Source of the DNA: Beijerinckiaceae bacterium
GTDB lineage: Bacteria > Pseudomonadota > Alphaproteobacteria > Rhizobiales > Beijerinckiaceae
Length of the DNA stretch: 64,000 nt
NCBI GenBank assembly: GCA_050013235.1
Contig: JBEKFQ010000001.1
Span: 163,712 to 227,711 of the forward strand
Direction: 5' to 3'
Shown here: piece by piece, positions 43,267 through 55,500 of the stretch
Layout: each line of letters begins with the position of its first letter
How positions within the stretch are numbered: the first letter of the stretch is position 1
Notes under the pieces: model-generated
The model's input: the letters and a program-made list of their open reading frames with translations, nothing else
What the model was told of the DNA's origin: nothing
Database searches by the model: none
Program-made: the position numbers and the translations under genes

Positions 43267-44172
43267 CTACAAAGCCCCGGCCAGCTTCAAGGAGGAATCG
43301 CCGCGGCAGAACCGCCCGCGGCCGGTTTTCTTGGCCGTGTACATCGCGGCATCGGCCGAATCGAGGAGAGGCTCGATCTCGACGCCATCGTCCGGATACA
43401 TCGCGATGCCGATCGAGGCCCCGACTTCGGCCTGATGCTCTAGGAGTTTGTAGGGTTTCGATATTTTGCGAATAAGCCGGTTGGCCACCAAAGCGACGCT
43501 GTCCGGATGTTTGATATCGGACAAGATGACGACGAATTCGTCGCCACCCTGGCGAAACAGCATATCGTCCAACCTGACCACATCCGCCATCCGGTTGGCG
43601 GCCAGGACCAAAAGACGATCCCCCGCCTTGTGCCCGAAGCGATCGTTCACCTGTTTGAAACCATCGAGATCGATGAACAGCACCGCGACATAGAACTTCG
43701 ATCGCTTGGCGCTGGCGATCGCCTGCGTCAGCCGGTCGCGCATGAGCAGGCGGTTGCCGAGCCCCGTCAGCGAATCGTAATGAGCCAGGCGCTGCATTTT
43801 CGCATGCCCCTCTTTCTGCAGGCTGATGTCCGAGAAAAAGGCGACGTGGTGCGTGATCTCGCCATGGCCGTCGTAGAGAAGGTTGATGGAAACCCATTCG
43901 GGATAAATGTCGCCCGATTTCCTCTTGTTCCAAATCTCGCCTTGCCAGCTTCCGCGCTCCCTTAGGGCAAACCACATGTCGTGATAAAAGGATGCGGGAT
44001 GCTTGCCGGAACTGAGCATTTTAGGCGGCTGCCCGATCGCCTCGTCCATCGAATAGCCGGTGATCGCCGTGAAGGCAGGATTGACGCGAACAATGCGATT
44101 ATGGCGATCCATGACCATGATCGCTTCCGCGCTGCCATCGATGATGCGGTCGGATAGCGAGAGTTGTGTCAT
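43267..44172 (-). CDS. PAS-GGDEF diguanylate cyclase
   Basis: PAS (VNPAF..ITGY, WQGEIWNKRKSG), HYDSLTGLGNR, RLDD I-site, GGDEF. Confidence 0.92.
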   Translation of the reverse strand: MTQLSLSDRIIDGSAEAIMVMDRHNRIVRVNPAFTAITGYSMDEAIGQPPKMLSSGKHPASFYHDMWFALRERGSWQGEIWNKRKSGDIYPEWVSINLLYDGHGEITHHVAFFSDISLQKEGHAKMQRLAHYDSLTGLGNRLLMRDRLTQAIASAKRSKFYVAVLFIDLDGFKQVNDRFGHKAGDRLLVLAANRMADVVRLDDMLFRQGGDEFVVILSDIKHPDSVALVANRLIRKISKPYKLLEHQAEVGASIGIAMYPDDGVEIEPLLDSADAAMYTAKKTGRGRFCRGDSSLKLAGAL

Positions 44173-44298
44173 GACCAGGGACCACCCGTATTAGTTTGAT
44201 CGATAACGATACGCTACGCAAAGAATACGACGAAAGTCCTAATAGCCAACAAAATCCGCCGTTTGGCGCTGGACGAATGCCAGGCTCTTGCCGCGAGC

Positions 44299-45063
44299 CT
44301 ACCACCCCACCCCGGCCTCGCCCCGGTTGATCCGCTCCGCCAGCTCGGTCCGCTTCTCCCCCTCCTGCAACACCAGCCCCGGCATGATCGAGAGCGGCGC
44401 GCGGCTGCCGCGCACGGCCCGCACGAGCATGCGTTTGGCGCGCGCGCCGGCCTTGGTATGGACCGGCAAGATCGTTACTGCGCCCACGCCGCGCTCCAGC
44501 GACCGCAGCAGCAGCGGCAAGGCCTCGACCGTGTGGATCGTAATCAACGTGCCCTTGGGGCCGAGCAGCGACAGGCAGGCCGATATCCAAGCCTCCAGGC
44601 CGCCTTCCCCGCCGACATGGGCGGCGCGGCGGCGGGCGTCGGGGGATTCGCGCACCGTGCCCGGCTCGTGGAAGGGCGGGTTGGTGATGACCAGATCCGC
44701 CCGGCCCAAGACACCCGCCGCCTGCCGGCTGGCGCGATCGAGGAGATCGCAAGCGTGAAGCGCGACCCGTTCGCTCAATTGATTCAAAACGATGTTCTGG
44801 GCCGCGATTTCGGTGCTGAGGGGGTCGTTCTCGATCAGGCCCACGCGCGCGGCCGGGCATGCCCCGGCGACGCCGAGCCCGGCTGTGCCGGCGCCGGCCC
44901 CGGCATCATAGACCAGCCCCGAAAATCCCTGCGGCACGGAGGCAGCCAATAACACCGCGTCGGTTCCGGCGCGGTGGCCCTTGGCGGGCTGGAGCAGCAC
45001 CAACCGTCCCCCAAAGAACGCATCCCGCGTCAGGGGCCCCGCGCCCTCGAGCAATTCACCCAT
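44299..45063 (-). CDS. tRNA1(Val) A37 N6-methyltransferase-like (YfiC/TrmN family)
   Basis: GHRAGTDAVLLA, DAGAGAG, ITNPPF. Confidence 0.85.
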   Translation of the reverse strand: MGELLEGAGPLTRDAFFGGRLVLLQPAKGHRAGTDAVLLAASVPQGFSGLVYDAGAGAGTAGLGVAGACPAARVGLIENDPLSTEIAAQNIVLNQLSERVALHACDLLDRASRQAAGVLGRADLVITNPPFHEPGTVRESPDARRRAAHVGGEGGLEAWISACLSLLGPKGTLITIHTVEALPLLLRSLERGVGAVTILPVHTKAGARAKRMLVRAVRGSRAPLSIMPGLVLQEGEKRTELAERINRGEAGVGW

Positions 45064-45280
45064 TGCTCAATTCGCCGAGCAAGCCCGCCTCATGCAGGGC
45101 CATTCTGGCGCGGCCGAGGTCGTCCCGGCCGATCAGGATCCGGCGCGGCAAAAAGCCCAGAGATCCCTCCATCACGCTCATATATTGATCGGCGACGAGC
45201 ACATCGATCTCGTACTCGGCGAGCAGAGCCTCGATCCGCGAGATCAAAACGAAGTCATTGGTCCGCAGAAGTTCAATCAT
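45056..45280 (-). CDS. DUF2007 domain protein
   Basis: MIELLRTND, ADQYMSVMEGSLGFLPRRILI. Confidence 0.8.
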   Translation of the reverse strand: MIELLRTNDFVLISRIEALLAEYEIDVLVADQYMSVMEGSLGFLPRRILIGRDDLGRARMALHEAGLLGELSNG

Positions 45281-45557
45281 CCGGAGTCCGTGGCTCAGAA
45301 TATGGTCATCCCGGTCGAGCGACCGAGGTGACCAAAATCATTCTCCTTGCAAGACGAAGAACTTGTTCCTATCGCACCAGTCGGTTCTTTTCGCTCGCAA
45401 AAGCCAGTTCTGATCGCAAAAGCCGGATCGGCTTTCGCGCAACCTGCTCGACACCATCTTGCATGGGGTCGCGCGTCCTGCAAGGGTGCGCCAAGATGCG
45501 GCGGTTGTCCCAAGCAGCTCCGGTCCTCGAATCAATGCATCGCGACGGAGATACAAT

Positions 45558-46571
45558 TTGGGCGTCGTCATCCCCTTGGAAGACAAAGTGGTGGAACCTG
45601 CTCTCTCGGGCCTGGCGGGACTCGTGGCCAGCGACATGGCGCGGGTGGATCAAACGATTCTCGGGCGCGCCGCGTCGCATGTCTCGATGATTCCCGATAT
45701 TGCGCATCACCTGATCGCCTCGGGTGGCAAACGGCTACGGCCGATGTTGACGCTCGCCTCGGCAGGGCTCTGCGAATATCAAGGCAGCGGCCATATCAAA
45801 CTCGCGGCCTCGGTCGAATTCATGCACACGGCCACGCTTTTGCACGACGATGTCGTCGATGAGAGCGACATGCGGCGCGGCAAGCTCGCGGCGCGCATGC
45901 TCTGGGGCAACGAGGCTAGCGTTCTCGTGGGCGATTTCCTGCTAGGCCAGGCCTTTAAGATGATGGTGGAAGTCGGCTCCCTGCCCTGCCTCGACGTCCT
46001 GTCCTCGGCCGCCGTGATCATCGCCGAGGGCGAGGTCATGCAGCTCTCCGCCGCCAAGGATACGCAGACGAGCGAGGACGATTATCTCGCCGTCATCCGC
46101 GCCAAGACCGCCGCTCTGTTCGGCGCGGCCTGCGAGGTCGGCGCGATCCTGGGCAACCGCCCGAAGGCCGAGATCGCGGCCTGCCGGGGCTATGGGCTCA
46201 ATCTCGGCATTGCCTTTCAGCTCATCGACGATGCTCTGGATTACGGCGGCACGACCGCGAAGCTCGGCAAGAATGCCGGCGACGATTTCCGCGAGGGCAA
46301 GATCACCTTGCCGGTGGTGCTCTCGTTCCGGCGAGGAACGGAAAAGGAGCGGGCCTTTTGGACCCGCACGCTCGAAAAGGGCGAGATCGCGGACGGCGAC
46401 CTCGAGACGGCGGTGGCCACCATGAAACGCCACCGCGCCTTGGAAGACACGATCGAACGGGCCCGCCACTACGGCGCCATGGCCCGCGACGCGCTCGAAC
46501 TGTTTCAGGCCTCGCCCTGGAAGACCGCGCTGAACGACGTCGTGGATTTCTGCATCAGCCGCTCGCATTGA
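45558..46571 (+). CDS. ispB: Polyprenyl (octa/decaprenyl) diphosphate synthase
   Basis: GGKRLRP, LLHDDVVD and FQLIDD Asp-rich motifs; TTG start at 45558. Confidence 0.93.
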   Translation: MGVVIPLEDKVVEPALSGLAGLVASDMARVDQTILGRAASHVSMIPDIAHHLIASGGKRLRPMLTLASAGLCEYQGSGHIKLAASVEFMHTATLLHDDVVDESDMRRGKLAARMLWGNEASVLVGDFLLGQAFKMMVEVGSLPCLDVLSSAAVIIAEGEVMQLSAAKDTQTSEDDYLAVIRAKTAALFGAACEVGAILGNRPKAEIAACRGYGLNLGIAFQLIDDALDYGGTTAKLGKNAGDDFREGKITLPVVLSFRRGTEKERAFWTRTLEKGEIADGDLETAVATMKRHRALEDTIERARHYGAMARDALELFQASPWKTALNDVVDFCISRSH

Positions 46572-46578
46572 GATATTT

Positions 46579-46601
46579 CTTCTCCCGCGCGCGGGAGAAG
46601 G
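46579..46601. repeat. CTTCTCCC...GGGAGAAG hairpin (repeat family C fragment, possibly bidirectional terminator)
   Basis: CTTCTCCCGCGCGCGGGAGAAG between convergent genes. Confidence 0.65.
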
Positions 46602-46638
46602 ACACGCGGCATCATTAATTCACCGGCCGATTCGTTGC

Positions 46639-47043
46639 TCAAAACCGGTCCGTTTCGAAATCGTCGCAAGAGAAGCCGAATTGGTCGAGGCCTTCTTCGA
46701 GCTCGTCCGAGATCTCGGGATTGTCGAGAAATGCCTTCACGGATCTCAGTTCCGGGCGGGACGCCGCCGCTGCCAAGGCGTCGTTCCATTCGGCCCCGGT
46801 GAATTCGCCCCGTCCAACGAGGCTCAAGGCGACCAATTCGCGCTTTTCGTCGACGTCCATGGCGCGGATAAATTGCTCCACTTCCTTCTGGACGGAGCCA
46901 TGGGGCTCTACGGTATAGGCCGCCGCGAAGCCGTCGTCGGTCGCATTCGACCCGTCGCCCTCGTTTTCTTCGGTCTGGATGTCGAATTCCCGGATCTTGA
47001 CGATCAGAAAGCAGACTTTGCTGGGATTGAGTTCGACGAGCAT
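46639..47043 (-). CDS. DUF3775 domain protein
   Basis: KVCFLIVKIREFD, ELVALSLVGRGEF...EW, LEEGLDQFGFSC. Confidence 0.8.
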   Translation of the reverse strand: MLVELNPSKVCFLIVKIREFDIQTEENEGDGSNATDDGFAAAYTVEPHGSVQKEVEQFIRAMDVDEKRELVALSLVGRGEFTGAEWNDALAAAASRPELRSVKAFLDNPEISDELEEGLDQFGFSCDDFETDRF

Positions 47044-47146
47044 GGAAACGACTTTCGCCTGACGGGTTCAGGCGAACAACGGTTGGTTCTCATGTAAGTT
47101 TCATGACGGTGGACTAACGGATCGATCGGCGCCCTTTTTGGCGCCG

Positions 47147-47201
47147 CCCTCATCCGTCCAAGCGTCTCACCGGGCCACCTTCTCCCATGAACGGAAGAAG
47201 G
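47147..47201. repeat. CCCTCATCCG...CCTTCTCCC...GAAGG repeat (family C)
   Basis: Shares motifs with 57829-58003. Confidence 0.65.
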
Positions 47202-47220
47202 AAAAGGAACCTAGATTCCC

Positions 47221-49158
47221 TTAAGCCCGCAACCCTTCCTCCAACGTCCCGGCCTGCCCGAGCGTCTCCAGCACCTTTTTCACGATTCCCTTCGAGTCGA
47301 GGCCTGCTTGCGCATAGAGCTTCTCGGGCTTGTCGTGATCGATGAACACGTCGGGTAGCACCATCGAGCGGAATTTCAGCGAGTGCTGCGAGGTGCCGTC
47401 GAACACGCCCTCCTCGGACAAAGCTTGCATCACGAAGGAGCCGAAGCCGCCGATCGAACCTTCCTCGATGGTGATGAGGACTTTATGCTCCGCCGCGAGC
47501 TTGCGGATCAGTTCGAGGTCAAGCGGCTTGGCGAAGCGGGCGTCGGCGACGGTGACCGACACGCCATAGGTCGCGAGGTCCTCGGCCGCCAGCAGCGCCT
47601 CGGCGAGGCGGGTGCCGAAGGACAGGATGGCGACTTGCTTGCCCTCGCGCACGATGCGGCCCTTGCCGATCTCCAGAATTTCGCCATGGGCCGGCATTTC
47701 GATGCCGATGCCCTCGCCGCGGGGGTAGCGGAAGGCAATCGGGCCATCGTCATAGGCCACGGCGGTCGCGACCATATGAACGAGTTCGGCCTCGTCGGCC
47801 GCCGCCATCACCACCATATTGGGGAGGATGCCGAGGAAAGAGACATCGAACGAGCCGGCATGGGTCGCCCCATCGGCCCCGACGAGGCCGGCGCGGTCGA
47901 TCGCGAAGCGCACGGGCAGGTTCTGAATCGCGACATCGTGCACGACCTGATCGTAGGCGCGCTGCAGGAAGGTCGAGTAGATCGCGCAGAACGGCTTATA
48001 GCCCTCGGTCGCGAGACCGGCGGCGAAGGTCACGGCATGCTGTTCGGCGATGCCGACGTCGAACGTCCGCTCGGGATACGTCTTCGCGAACAGGTCGAGG
48101 CCGGTGCCGTTGGGCATGGCGGCGGTAATCGCCACGATCTTGTCGTCGCGGCTCGCCTCGTCGATCAGAGCATCCGCGAAGACCTTGGTATAAGAGGGCG
48201 CATTGGCCTTGGGCTTGAACTGGGTGCCGGTGACGACATCGAAGGTCGACACGGCATGGTATTTCTCCGTCGAGGCCTCGGCGGGCGCATAGCCCTTGCC
48301 CTTCTGCGTCACGACATGGACCAGAATCGGGGCCGAGCCGGCATCGCGCACGTTCTTGAGGACCGGCAGCAGATGGTCGAGATTATGGCCATCGATGGGA
48401 CCAACGTAATAGAAGCCAAGCTCCTCGAACATCGTGCCGCCCGACCAGAAATTGCGGGCGAATTCTTCCGTCTTGCGGGCGCGGTCGTAGACGAATTTGG
48501 GGAGGTGGCGGCCGAGCTGCTTGGCGGCTTCGCGCACGGAGCGATAGGTGCCGCCCGACACGAGCCGGGCGAGATAGGCCGACAGCGCGCCGGCCGGCGG
48601 GGCAATCGACATTTCGTTATCGTTCAAAATGACCACGAGGCGCGAATGCATCGCGCCGGCATTGTTCATGGCCTCGTAGGCCATGCCCGCCGACATCGAG
48701 CCGTCACCGATCACGGCCACGACATTGGAGGTCTTTTTGCCGGACAGGCTATTGGCGACCGCCATGCCGAGGCCAGCGGAAATCGAGGTCGAGGAATGCG
48801 CCGCGCCAAACGGGTCGTATTCGCTCTCGCTGCGCTTGGTGAAGCCCGAGAGCCCGCCAGCCTTGCGTAAAGTCCGGATGCGATCACGGCGGCCGGTGAG
48901 GATCTTGTGGGGATAGGCCTGATGCCCGACATCCCAAATGATACGGTCGTCCGGTGTATTGAAGACATAGTGAAGCGCGACCGTCAGCTCGACGACACCA
49001 AGGCCGGCGCCGAGATGGCCGCCGGTCACCGAGACCGCGTCAATCGTCTCCGTCCGCAACTCCTTCGCCACTTGGGTCAGGCTCGACTCCGGAAGCGCGC
49101 GCAAATCGGCTGGCGTCACGATCGTGTCGAGAAGGGGGGTCTTCGAGGTTTTCGTCAC
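47221..49158 (-). CDS. dxs: 1-deoxy-D-xylulose-5-phosphate synthase
   Basis: [42 protein letters not shown]; GTG start. Confidence 0.97.
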   Translation of the reverse strand: MTKTSKTPLLDTIVTPADLRALPESSLTQVAKELRTETIDAVSVTGGHLGAGLGVVELTVALHYVFNTPDDRIIWDVGHQAYPHKILTGRRDRIRTLRKAGGLSGFTKRSESEYDPFGAAHSSTSISAGLGMAVANSLSGKKTSNVVAVIGDGSMSAGMAYEAMNNAGAMHSRLVVILNDNEMSIAPPAGALSAYLARLVSGGTYRSVREAAKQLGRHLPKFVYDRARKTEEFARNFWSGGTMFEELGFYYVGPIDGHNLDHLLPVLKNVRDAGSAPILVHVVTQKGKGYAPAEASTEKYHAVSTFDVVTGTQFKPKANAPSYTKVFADALIDEASRDDKIVAITAAMPNGTGLDLFAKTYPERTFDVGIAEQHAVTFAAGLATEGYKPFCAIYSTFLQRAYDQVVHDVAIQNLPVRFAIDRAGLVGADGATHAGSFDVSFLGILPNMVVMAAADEAELVHMVATAVAYDDGPIAFRYPRGEGIGIEMPAHGEILEIGKGRIVREGKQVAILSFGTRLAEALLAAEDLATYGVSVTVADARFAKPLDLELIRKLAAEHKVLITIEEGSIGGFGSFVMQALSEEGVFDGTSQHSLKFRSMVLPDVFIDHDKPEKLYAQAGLDSKGIVKKVLETLGQAGTLEEGLRA

Positions 49159-49757
49159 AGGCGCCTCTTGGTTGGTCTTATCAGCGCATGCGAGGCTTGC
49201 CGGACCCCGCACAAATCAAGATCATCGCGTCGGGTAACTCCCAAGATCCGGAAAAGACCAGACCTTGCTTCAAAAAAAGCCGGACCGGCTTTTCGACGCT
49301 CAATTTAAATGCACCTGGGGGAAATTCCCAGGCGTCGAGGTAAAATAACGGCAACAGGACCGGGATCAACAGGTTCGAAATCCCAGACCAAAGCGTTGAA
49401 TATCGAGTTTTACCGGCTACTGCAACGCATTAGGAAAGCGTTACGAAAGATCTGCGGCATTCACGCAACACTCCCCGTTTTGAGTTTATCCCGGCACGGA
49501 GAGCGCGAGGCGATTTTACGGCAGCCTGATCCATCGGCATGGACCGGAAACTGCTAGGTCCGCCGCACCATGTTCCGCATCCGTCTTGGACGTGGACCTT
49601 TTCGCCGTCCGCGTGGCCAAGATGACAGCATTTTTGGATCGCGGCGGTTTGGGATTTCGCGCGCGGGCTTTACAAGTCCGCTTCAGACGGTAAGACGGCC
49701 CGGCCGCTCACGACATACGGCTGCGGGCAATCAGCTGACCCCTGGGGACGAAGATCG

Positions 49758-52436
49758 ATGGTGAAGTGGGTTTACGAATTCGGCGATGGAACGGCCGAAG
49801 GCACGAGCGAAATGCGCAACCTTTTGGGGGGCAAGGGCGCAAATCTCGCGGAAATGGCGAATTTGGGCCTTCCGGTCCCGCCTGGCTTTACCATCACGAC
49901 CGAAGTTTGCACCTATTTCTACGACCATGAAAAGTCTTTCCCGCCCGAGCTGGAGAGCGCCGTCGATGCCGCGCTCGAACGGGCCGGCAAGCTCGCGGGC
50001 CATGTGTTCGGCGACGAGGAAAACCCGCTCCTGGTCTCCGTGCGGTCGGGATCCCGCGCCTCCATGCCCGGCATGATGGATACGGTCTTGAACCTCGGCC
50101 TCTCCGACAAGACCGTCGAGGCTCTCGCCCGCCAGTCCGGCAACGAGCGGTTCGCCTACGATTCCTACCGCCGCTTCATCCAGATGTATTCGAACGTGGT
50201 TCTCAATGTGGACCATCACAATTTCGAGGACATTCTGGAGACCTACAAGGAGCGCAAGGGCTATTCGCTCGATACCGAGCTGACCGCCGACGATTGGAAA
50301 TTGATCATCACCGCCTACAAGGCGAAAGTCTTGGAAGCGCTGGGCACGCCGTTTCCGCAAGATCCCAAGGCTCAGCTCTGGGGCGCGATCGGCGCCGTGT
50401 TCGGATCCTGGATGAACCCGCGCGCGATCACCTACCGCAAGCTGCAAAACATTCCGGGGAACTGGGGCACGGCGGTCAATGTCCAGGCCATGGTCTTCGG
50501 CAATATGGGCGAGACCTCGGCGACCGGCGTGGCCTTCACCCGCAATCCCTCCACCGGCGCGCGCGAACTCTACGGCGAGTTCCTGATCAACGCCCAAGGC
50601 GAGGACGTGGTGGCGGGTATCCGCACGCCGCAAAATATTACCGAGGCGGCGCGGATCGAGGCCGGCTCCGACAAGCCGTCGATGGAGACGGCCTTACCCG
50701 AGGTCTTCGCCGAATTCCGCCGCGCCACGGAATTGCTCGAAAATCACTACCGCGACATGCAGGACATGGAGTTCACCGTCGAAAACGGGAAGCTCTGGAT
50801 GTTGCAGACCCGGAACGGCAAACGCACCACCCGCGCCTCGCTGCGCATCGCGGTCGAGATGGCCAACGAGGGCTTGATCACCCGCGACGAAGCGGTGCTG
50901 CGGATCGACCCCGCTTCGCTCGATCAATTACTGCATCCCACCATCGATCCGAAGGCGGCCCGCAAAATTATCGCGACCGGCCTACCCGCCTCGCCAGGCG
51001 CGGCCAGCGGCGAGATCGTGTTCAACTCGAGCGACGCCGAAGCGGCCAAAGGCGCCGGGCGCCCATGCATTTTAGTGCGCATCGAGACGAGCCCCGAGGA
51101 TATTCATGGCATGCACGCCTCCGAGGGCATTCTCACCACGCGCGGCGGCATGACCTCGCATGCCGCGGTGGTCGCGCGCGGCATGGGCAAGCCCTGCGTC
51201 TCCGGCGCGGGCAGCGTGAAAGTCGATTACAAGGCGGGTACGCTGACCTCGGGCGGCGTCATCTTCAAGAAGGGCGATCTCGTCACCATCGACGGCACGG
51301 CGGGCCAGGTGATCGCCGGCGCCATCGCCATGTTGCAGCCGGAACTGTCCGGCGAATTCGCGGCCTTGATGGAATGGGCCGACAAGAAGCGCCGCATGGG
51401 CGTGCGCGCCAATGCCGAGACGCCGCAAGACGCGCGCGTCGCCCGCAAATTCGGCGCGGAAGGCATCGGCCTCTGCCGCACCGAACATATGTTCTTCGAC
51501 GGCGACCGGATCGTCGCCGTGCGCGAAATGATCCTGGCCGGCGACGAAGCCGGCCGGCGCCAGGCCCTCGCCAAGCTGCTGCCGATTCAACGCGGCGATT
51601 TCGAGGAATTGTTCGAGATCATGTCGGGCCTGCCAGTCACGATCCGGTTGCTCGATCCCCCGCTTCACGAGTTCCTGCCGCATACGGACGAGGAAATCGC
51701 CGAAGTCGCGGCCTCGCTCGGCGTTCCCGAAGACAAGCTGCGCCAACGCGCCTCGGACCTGCATGAGTTCAACCCCATGCTCGGCTTCCGTGGCTGCCGC
51801 TTGGCCATCGCCTTCCCGGAAATCGCGGAAATGCAGGCTCGCGCCATTTTCGAAGGCGCCATCGCCGCCAAGAAAAAGACCGGCGCCATCGTGACGCCGG
51901 AAATCATGGTGCCGCTGGTCTTCGGCAAGAGAGAACTGGATCTCGTCAAGGCGACCATCGACGCCATGGCCAAGGCGGTGGCAGCCGAGACCGGCGAGAC
52001 CGTCCCCTATTACGTCGGGACGATGATCGAACTGCCCCGCGCTTGCCTGCGCGCCGCCGAAATCGCGGAAACCGCCGAATTTTTCTCCTTCGGCACCAAT
52101 GACTTGACCCAGACCGGTCTCGGCATTTCGCGCGACGATGCCGCCTCGTTCCTCGGCCCCTATACCGCCAAGGGCATCTTGCCCTCCGACCCCTTCGTGA
52201 CCATCGACATCGAGGGCGTCGGCGAACTCGTCAAAATCGGCGTCGAGCGGGGCCAACAAACAAGGCCCGATATCAAGCTCGGCATCTGCGGCGAACACGG
52301 CGGCGATCCCGCCTCGATCCACTTCTGCGAACAAGTGGGTCTAACCTACGTCTCCTGCTCGCCCTTCCGGGTGCCGATCGCGAGGCTCGCGGCGGCGCAG
52401 GCGGCATTGGGGAAGATGGCGGAGAACCAGGGGTAG
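49758..52436 (+). CDS. ppdK: Pyruvate phosphate dikinase
   Basis: GGKGANLAEM, SMPGMMDT, RGGMTSHAAVVARG, SFGTNDL, GICGEHGG. Confidence 0.97.
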   Translation: MVKWVYEFGDGTAEGTSEMRNLLGGKGANLAEMANLGLPVPPGFTITTEVCTYFYDHEKSFPPELESAVDAALERAGKLAGHVFGDEENPLLVSVRSGSRASMPGMMDTVLNLGLSDKTVEALARQSGNERFAYDSYRRFIQMYSNVVLNVDHHNFEDILETYKERKGYSLDTELTADDWKLIITAYKAKVLEALGTPFPQDPKAQLWGAIGAVFGSWMNPRAITYRKLQNIPGNWGTAVNVQAMVFGNMGETSATGVAFTRNPSTGARELYGEFLINAQGEDVVAGIRTPQNITEAARIEAGSDKPSMETALPEVFAEFRRATELLENHYRDMQDMEFTVENGKLWMLQTRNGKRTTRASLRIAVEMANEGLITRDEAVLRIDPASLDQLLHPTIDPKAARKIIATGLPASPGAASGEIVFNSSDAEAAKGAGRPCILVRIETSPEDIHGMHASEGILTTRGGMTSHAAVVARGMGKPCVSGAGSVKVDYKAGTLTSGGVIFKKGDLVTIDGTAGQVIAGAIAMLQPELSGEFAALMEWADKKRRMGVRANAETPQDARVARKFGAEGIGLCRTEHMFFDGDRIVAVREMILAGDEAGRRQALAKLLPIQRGDFEELFEIMSGLPVTIRLLDPPLHEFLPHTDEEIAEVAASLGVPEDKLRQRASDLHEFNPMLGFRGCRLAIAFPEIAEMQARAIFEGAIAAKKKTGAIVTPEIMVPLVFGKRELDLVKATIDAMAKAVAAETGETVPYYVGTMIELPRACLRAAEIAETAEFFSFGTNDLTQTGLGISRDDAASFLGPYTAKGILPSDPFVTIDIEGVGELVKIGVERGQQTRPDIKLGICGEHGGDPASIHFCEQVGLTYVSCSPFRVPIARLAAAQAALGKMAENQG

Positions 52437-52568
52437 GACCACCGGTCCCGTCCTTGCTTCGCTTCGCTCGCAAGGACGGCTTCGGCCTTTGGGATTGCTC
52501 AGCCTCTTCCCCACAGAAAAATCCCCACTCCCGCTTGCGCCGGTTAAACTTTCGCGCACGTTAGAACC

Positions 52569-55500
52569 ATGCAATTCAGCAAGCTCCGCTTGACCGGCTT
52601 TAAGAGCTTCGTCGAGCACACCGAATTTCATATTCAGCCAGGACTGACCGGCGTGATCGGACCCAACGGGTGCGGCAAGTCGAATCTTGTCGAGGCGCTG
52701 CGCTGGGTCATGGGCGAAAACTCCTACAAGAGCATGCGCGCGTCCAGCATGGACGATGTGATCTTCGCCGGCGGCGGCGACCGCCCGGCCCGCAACATGG
52801 CCGAGGTCGGGCTGGTTCTGGACAATGCCGGGCGCACGGCGCCGGCCCAGTTCAATGCCACGGATATCATCGAAGTGACCCGCCGGATCGAGCGGGACTC
52901 CGGCTCGACCTACCGGATCAACGGTCGCGAGGTACGCGCCCGCGATGTGCAAATTCTATTTGCCGACGCCTCCTCGGGCTCGCGCTCGCCGGCGCTTGTC
53001 CGGCAAGGTCAGATCAGCGAGATCATCGCCGCCAAGCCGCAAGCGCGCCGGCGGATTCTGGAAGAGGCGGCGGGCGTCGCGGGCCTCCACACCCGACGGC
53101 ACGAAGCGGAGCTGCGGCTGAAAGGCGCCGAGGAAAACCTCAACCGCATCGACGACGTGTTGACGCAGATTTCCGCGCAAGGCGACGGCCTGCGGCGGCA
53201 AGCCCGCCAAGCCCAGCGCTACCGCGAACTGCAAGCCGAAATCCGGCGCTTGCACGCTTTGTCCGTGCTCATCGAATACGACGAAGCCTTGGCCGAGGTC
53301 GAAGGCGCGCGCGAAAAGCTCATGGCCGATTCCGCAAGGGTCGTGGAATCCACGCGCCACCAGGCCGAGACGGCGCGTCACCAGGCCATCGCCGCCCATG
53401 CCCTGCCCGCTCTGCGCGAGGCCGAAACCGAAGCGGGAACCGCTTTGCAGCGCCTGATCGTGGCGCGCGAAACCCTCGATGGCGAGGAACGCCGCGCCAA
53501 GGGCCGGCTCGCCGAGATCGAGCGCCGCATTCAAGAGATGATGGCCGATCTCGCCCGCGGCCGCGCCGCCCTCGACGATGCCGCCGGCGTGCTCGCCCGG
53601 CTCGACACGGAAGAAGAAGACCTCAACTCGCGAACCTCCGCCAGCGAAGCGGAACTCGACCTGCGCGAAGCCATTGCCGAAGCCGACATGCTGCGCGCCG
53701 AGGCAGAGACGGAACTGGCGGAGCTGCAGACCGCCAAGGCCGAATCCGAAGCCCAGCGCGGCGCGCTCGGCGGCAGGCTGCGAGACGAGACCACCCGGCT
53801 CGACCGGCTCGAACGCGAATTATCTGCGGCCCGGCAAGCGCGGGAGAACTTACGCGCCAGCTTGGAAGAGGCGGACGGGTTCGAGGCCTCCGCGGAACGG
53901 CTGGAAATCGCGGCGGAAAGCGCCGAAATCGCCGATCAAGAAAGCCTCGAGGCCGAGCGGGCGCTGGCCCAGGCGCGCGAGGCGGAAGCCGGCCTGCGCG
54001 GCCCGTTAGCCGAGGCGGACCGGGCAGCGCAACGGCTCGAAACCGAGGTTCGCACCCTCACCAAGCTGCTCGAATCCGCCAGCGGCTCGAAATGGCCGGC
54101 GGTGACGGATACGATCGAGGTCGCCAAGGGCTATGAAGCCGCGCTCGGCGCCGCTCTGGGCGACGATCTCGACGCGTCCATCGATCCCGCCGCCCCGGCC
54201 CATTGGGCGGAAACGTCTGGCCAAGACGGCCCCCTACCCGGCGGCGCCGAACCGCTGCTGCGCCATGTCCAGGCGCCGGCCGCCTTGCGCCGCGCGCTGG
54301 CGCAAATCGGCGTGGTGGAGCGCTCGCAAGGGCCCGCGCTCCGGCTTTCGCTGAAGACCGGGCAGCGGCTCGTCTCGCGCGAGGGGGATATTTGGCGCTG
54401 GGACGGGTTTACCCAAGCCGCCGAGGCCCCGACGCCCGCCGCCCGGCGGCTGGTCGAGCGCAACCGTCTCGCGGAATTGCGGCTCGATGCCGAGGCCGCG
54501 CGGGAAAAAGCGGACACGCTCAGAGCCTCGGCCGACGCCGCCCAAGCGGCGCTGCGCGAGGCAAGCAGCCGGGAAACCGCCGCCCGGGCGATGCAACAGT
54601 CCGCGCGGCGCGCCTTGGATGCCGCGCGCGAGCAACATGCCGCCGCCGAACGCCGCCGCAGCGAGAGCAGCTCGCGGCTCGCGGCGTTGGAGGCCGCCGA
54701 GGCTGGCACCATTGCCGCGCGCGACGAGGCGGCGCAGGCGCAAGCGGCGCTCGAAGCGGCCCTCTCGGGCCTGGCCCCGGTCGCGGACTTGAGCGAACGC
54801 CTGGACGAGGCCCGCGCGAGGGCGGCGCAATACCGGGCGGCCGAGACCGAGGCGCGTTCCGCCCTGCAATCCCTGGCGCGCGAGCGCGAAGGCCGCGACA
54901 AACGCCTCGCCTCCATTGCCGCGGAGCGCCAATCCTGGCTGACGCGGCGCGAGCAGGCGGACGAACATCGCGACGATATCGGCGAGCGCCTGCAAGAGGC
55001 GATCGCCGAGCGCGACGAACTGGCCGATTCGCCCAATCGCTTCATCCTGGCGCGGCGCTCGATCCTCGGCGATATCGAGGTGGCGGAAGCGGATTTACGC
55101 AACGCCTCGGACGCCCGCCAGAACGGCGAGACCATACTGGCCACGGCCGACCGCGAGGCGCGCGCGGCGATCGAGGCCATGAGCATCGCGCGGGAAGACA
55201 AAGCCCGCGCCGAGACACGAGTCGAGGTCGCCTCCGTCCGGCTCGAAAGCGTGGTCAAGACCGCCGTCACCGATCTCGAATGCGAGCCGGCGGGCCTCGC
55301 GGCCTTGGCCGGCGTCAAACCCCAGGACGACCGGCCGCCCGCCGCCCACACGGCCGCGAAACTCGAATCCCTGCGCGGCGACCGCGAGCGTCTGGGCGCC
55401 GTCAATCTGCGCGCCGAGGAAGAGCTCGCGGCCATCGAGGAACAGCGCAGCACGCTCGACAAGGAGCGCGAAGACCTGACCGAGGCGATCCGGCGCCTGC

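Noticed and set aside
45338-45862. Short ORFs between DUF2007 and ispB, and N-terminal extensions of several ORF-track calls
   Set aside because: No motifs; they overlap promoter regions or true genes; starts reassigned by homology and SD position
49490-49560. Glycine riboswitch-like GGAGAG...GAAACT..AGG upstream of ppdK
   Set aside because: Lacks the CCGAAG and CTCTCAGG cores and the tandem aptamer
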